Source: Octopus bimaculoides
Taxonomy: Eukaryota
Length of the DNA: 64,000 bases
Assembly (NCBI RefSeq): GCF_001194135.2
Contig: NC_068982.1
Coordinates: 65,381,900-65,445,899 of the forward strand
Direction of reading: 5' to 3'
The position numbers were made by a program, and so were the translations under genes. Within the stretch, counting starts at the first letter, position 1, and each line of letters opens with the position of its first letter. The notes under the pieces were generated by a model. The model was not told the origin of the DNA and searched no databases. It saw nothing but the letters and a program-made list of their open reading frames with translations. Positions 36,321-64,000 of this stretch are shown piece after piece.

Positions 36321-36891
36321 CATTTCAGAGATGTACTTCCAAGGCAAGTGATTTGATCCAAAACCCTGTGTTGAAATGAAAGCAATTAGTGTGGAAGGCA
36401 TATACTAGGCATTCAAAAACACAGAAAAAAAAATCTGCTAAAATTCACTTAAACATTTATTTGGTGTCAAAATTATTGTAGCACTAACTGCGACCTGGTC
36501 ACCGACCAACAAACTTGCTTTAAATGAGATGCTGCAGAATCGCATCAGTGACCAAGTCACAGTTGATGATACAAAGACTTTGACATCCAATAATAAATAT
36601 TTAAGTGAAGTTACAATCTTTGTGTTTTTGAATGGCCAATATGTGTCTTCTATGCTGTAATTATTATTGTTATTATTATTGGTTTGTTGTTAGTAATCTT
36701 ATAAATATTATTTATATTTTACATAATTTCAGTTATACAAATATAACATTAAATGTAAGTTATGATATTATTTAAAATGGATTTATAAACTTTGTGAATC
36801 ATCTAAAAGAATGTTGATAGTAGTTTACTTAGGAAGGGGTAATGGTCGACATTATCTTTTGATCAAACTTCCAAAGATTGTAATAAACTGC

Positions 36892-62212
<25,321 letters not shown>

Positions 62213-62542
62213 TAGTCACTTAGTTGCTCTGTAAAAACAATATAAAGTATTAAAATAATAAATTGCAAAGTTACAGGATCTGAGTTGTTGACAAAGTAGG
62301 GCTAAAGAAATACTAAAATGGTGGTTTTGTAATAAATTGTCATGTTTTGGGATCAGAGCTGATTTTGCCTTTTGAGTACTGTTCCCATGCCCAAGACAGT
62401 GTTGTTGCTGCTGCTTTGACATTTGACTGAGTGGCTACTATTTACTCACCAACACATTAAAATAACAGCTTATTTGAGGTGCATGGCAGCATATTCATCC
62501 AGCATAATTTTTTGGTATTGATGTGTGTGTGGGGAGAATGTA

Positions 62543-62583
<41 letters not shown>

Positions 62584-63112
62584 NNNNNNNNNNNNNNNNN
62601 NNNNNNNNNNNNNNNNNNNNNNNNNNNNNNNNNNNNNNNNNNNNNNNNNNNNNNNNNNNNNNNNNNNNNNNNNNNNNNNNNNNNNNNNNNNNNNNNNNNN
62701 NNNNNNNNNNNNNNNNNNNNNNNNNNNNNNNNNNNNNNNNNNNNNATTTGACAGTGGCCATGCTGGAGCACCGCCTTTAGTCGAACAAATCGACCCCAGG
62801 ACTTATTCTTTATAAGCCTAGTACTTATTTTATTGTTCTCTTTCGCTGAACTGTTAAGTTATGGGGATGTAAACACACCAACATTGGTTGTCAAGCAATG
62901 GTGGGGGGACAAACACAGACACACAAACATACACACACACACACACATATATATGACAGGCTTCTTTCAGTTTCTGTCTAGCAATTCCACTCACAAGGCT
63001 TTGGTCGGTCTGAAGCTGTAGTAGAAGACACTTGCCCAAGGTGCCATGCAGTGGGACTGAACCCGGAACCATGTGATTAGTAAGCAAGATATTTTCTTTA
63101 TTTGTGATTTAA

Positions 63113-63393
63113 GGCTACATTGGTTTCATGCTAAGAAAAGTAGGAAAATATTCTAGTGTCTTAATTTCTCAAGTTAATCACATGAAGAAAGGTGTTTGCC
63201 TTCATTTTGAAAAACAGTCTCGCTTCATTCATGTGATTTCTCATAAATTTACGTGAATTTATGAGAAATTCTGTGAATGAAGTGAGACTGTTTTCCAAAA
63301 TGGAGGTGAACACCTTTCTCAATGTGATCAGCTTGAAAAATTAAAGCACAAGGATGTTTTCCTACTTTTCTTAACATGAAGCCAATGGTAGCC
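63113..63393. mobile_element. Fold-back MITE, TTAA TSD, GGCTAC termini (Kolobok-like)
   Basis: The entire 281 bp is an imperfect palindrome centred on ACGT (63251-63254); TTAA at 63109-63112 and 63394-63397. Confidence 0.88.
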
Positions 63394-63479
63394 TTAATTC
63401 ACAAATAAAGAAACTATATATCTGCCAATGCAGTGTTGAGCACTCATTTCATTGTTCAACATTTACGTATATATAGTGA

Positions 63480-64000
63480 GTCAGAGGCAGTCTGAATCAG
63501 TGTGTTGGCCCTGCTCGATCTGTAGAACAGGCATAGGTAGAAGCTCTATAAGATGTACCCAGTGTAAGCTATGGACACATAAGAGGTGCAGCAATATCAA
63601 AGGAAAGTTAACTAGGAAGTTAGTTTTTGTATGTGGCAGACGTTCAGGTGCAATAAATACTGAAAATGTGCAGAAAACAACTCCTGCCACATTCCAGGGA
63701 GAAAAACTAGACGTAGTTGATAGCTTCCGTTATCTAGGTGACCAAGTTAGTAGTGGGGGAAGGTGCACTGAAAGTGTAGCTGCTAGAATAAGAATAGCCT
63801 GGGCAAAGTTCAGAGAGCTCTTACCTCTGCTGGTGACAAAGGGCCTCTCGCTCAGAGTAAAAGGCAGACTGTATGACGCATGTGTATGAACAGCCATGCT
63901 ACATGTCAGTGAAACATGGGCCATGACTGCTGAGGACATGCGTAAGCTCGCAAGGAATGATGCCAGTATGCTCTGATGGATGTGTAATGTCAGTGTGCAT
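63480..64000 (+). mobile_element. RTE-clade LINE ORF fragment with PHD-like finger, running off the window end
   Basis: CSIC...CTQC..WTHKRC...C then VVDSFRYLG, RIRIAWAKF, LY..CV*TAML..SETW, which are RTE RT/thumb motifs. Confidence 0.85.

Overview
AT-rich, repeat-dense eukaryotic genomic DNA with five N gaps. The repeat landscape looks like a coleoid cephalopod, probably Octopus; this is an inference, not a database match. I reconstructed two complete intron-rich housekeeping genes by hand, both on the minus strand, with GT-AG junctions and consistent phases. (1) pelota/PELO (Dom34 ribosome-rescue factor): 12 coding exons, 30894 to 6326, 1152 nt, 383 aa. (2) Cytosolic tyrosyl-tRNA synthetase YARS1 with a C-terminal EMAP-II-like domain: 13 coding exons, 62212 to 36892, 1569 nt, 522 aa. 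Introns and the intergenic region are filled with transposon relics: several modular tRNA-derived SINE families, a DD36E Tc1 element, a maT-like mariner, hAT, Helitron, Penelope (GIY-YIG), CR1-like, RTE and L1/Tx1-like fragments, and MITEs. The most unusual observations are: a tRNA-Ile-headed short element ending in a degenerate hammerhead-ribozyme-like motif that shares its layout with a motif in a nearby Penelope relic; a head-to-head palindrome of that element; the DD36E transposon (possible horizontal transfer); and a TyrRS that carries the EMAP-II domain but has KQR in place of the ELR cytokine motif.
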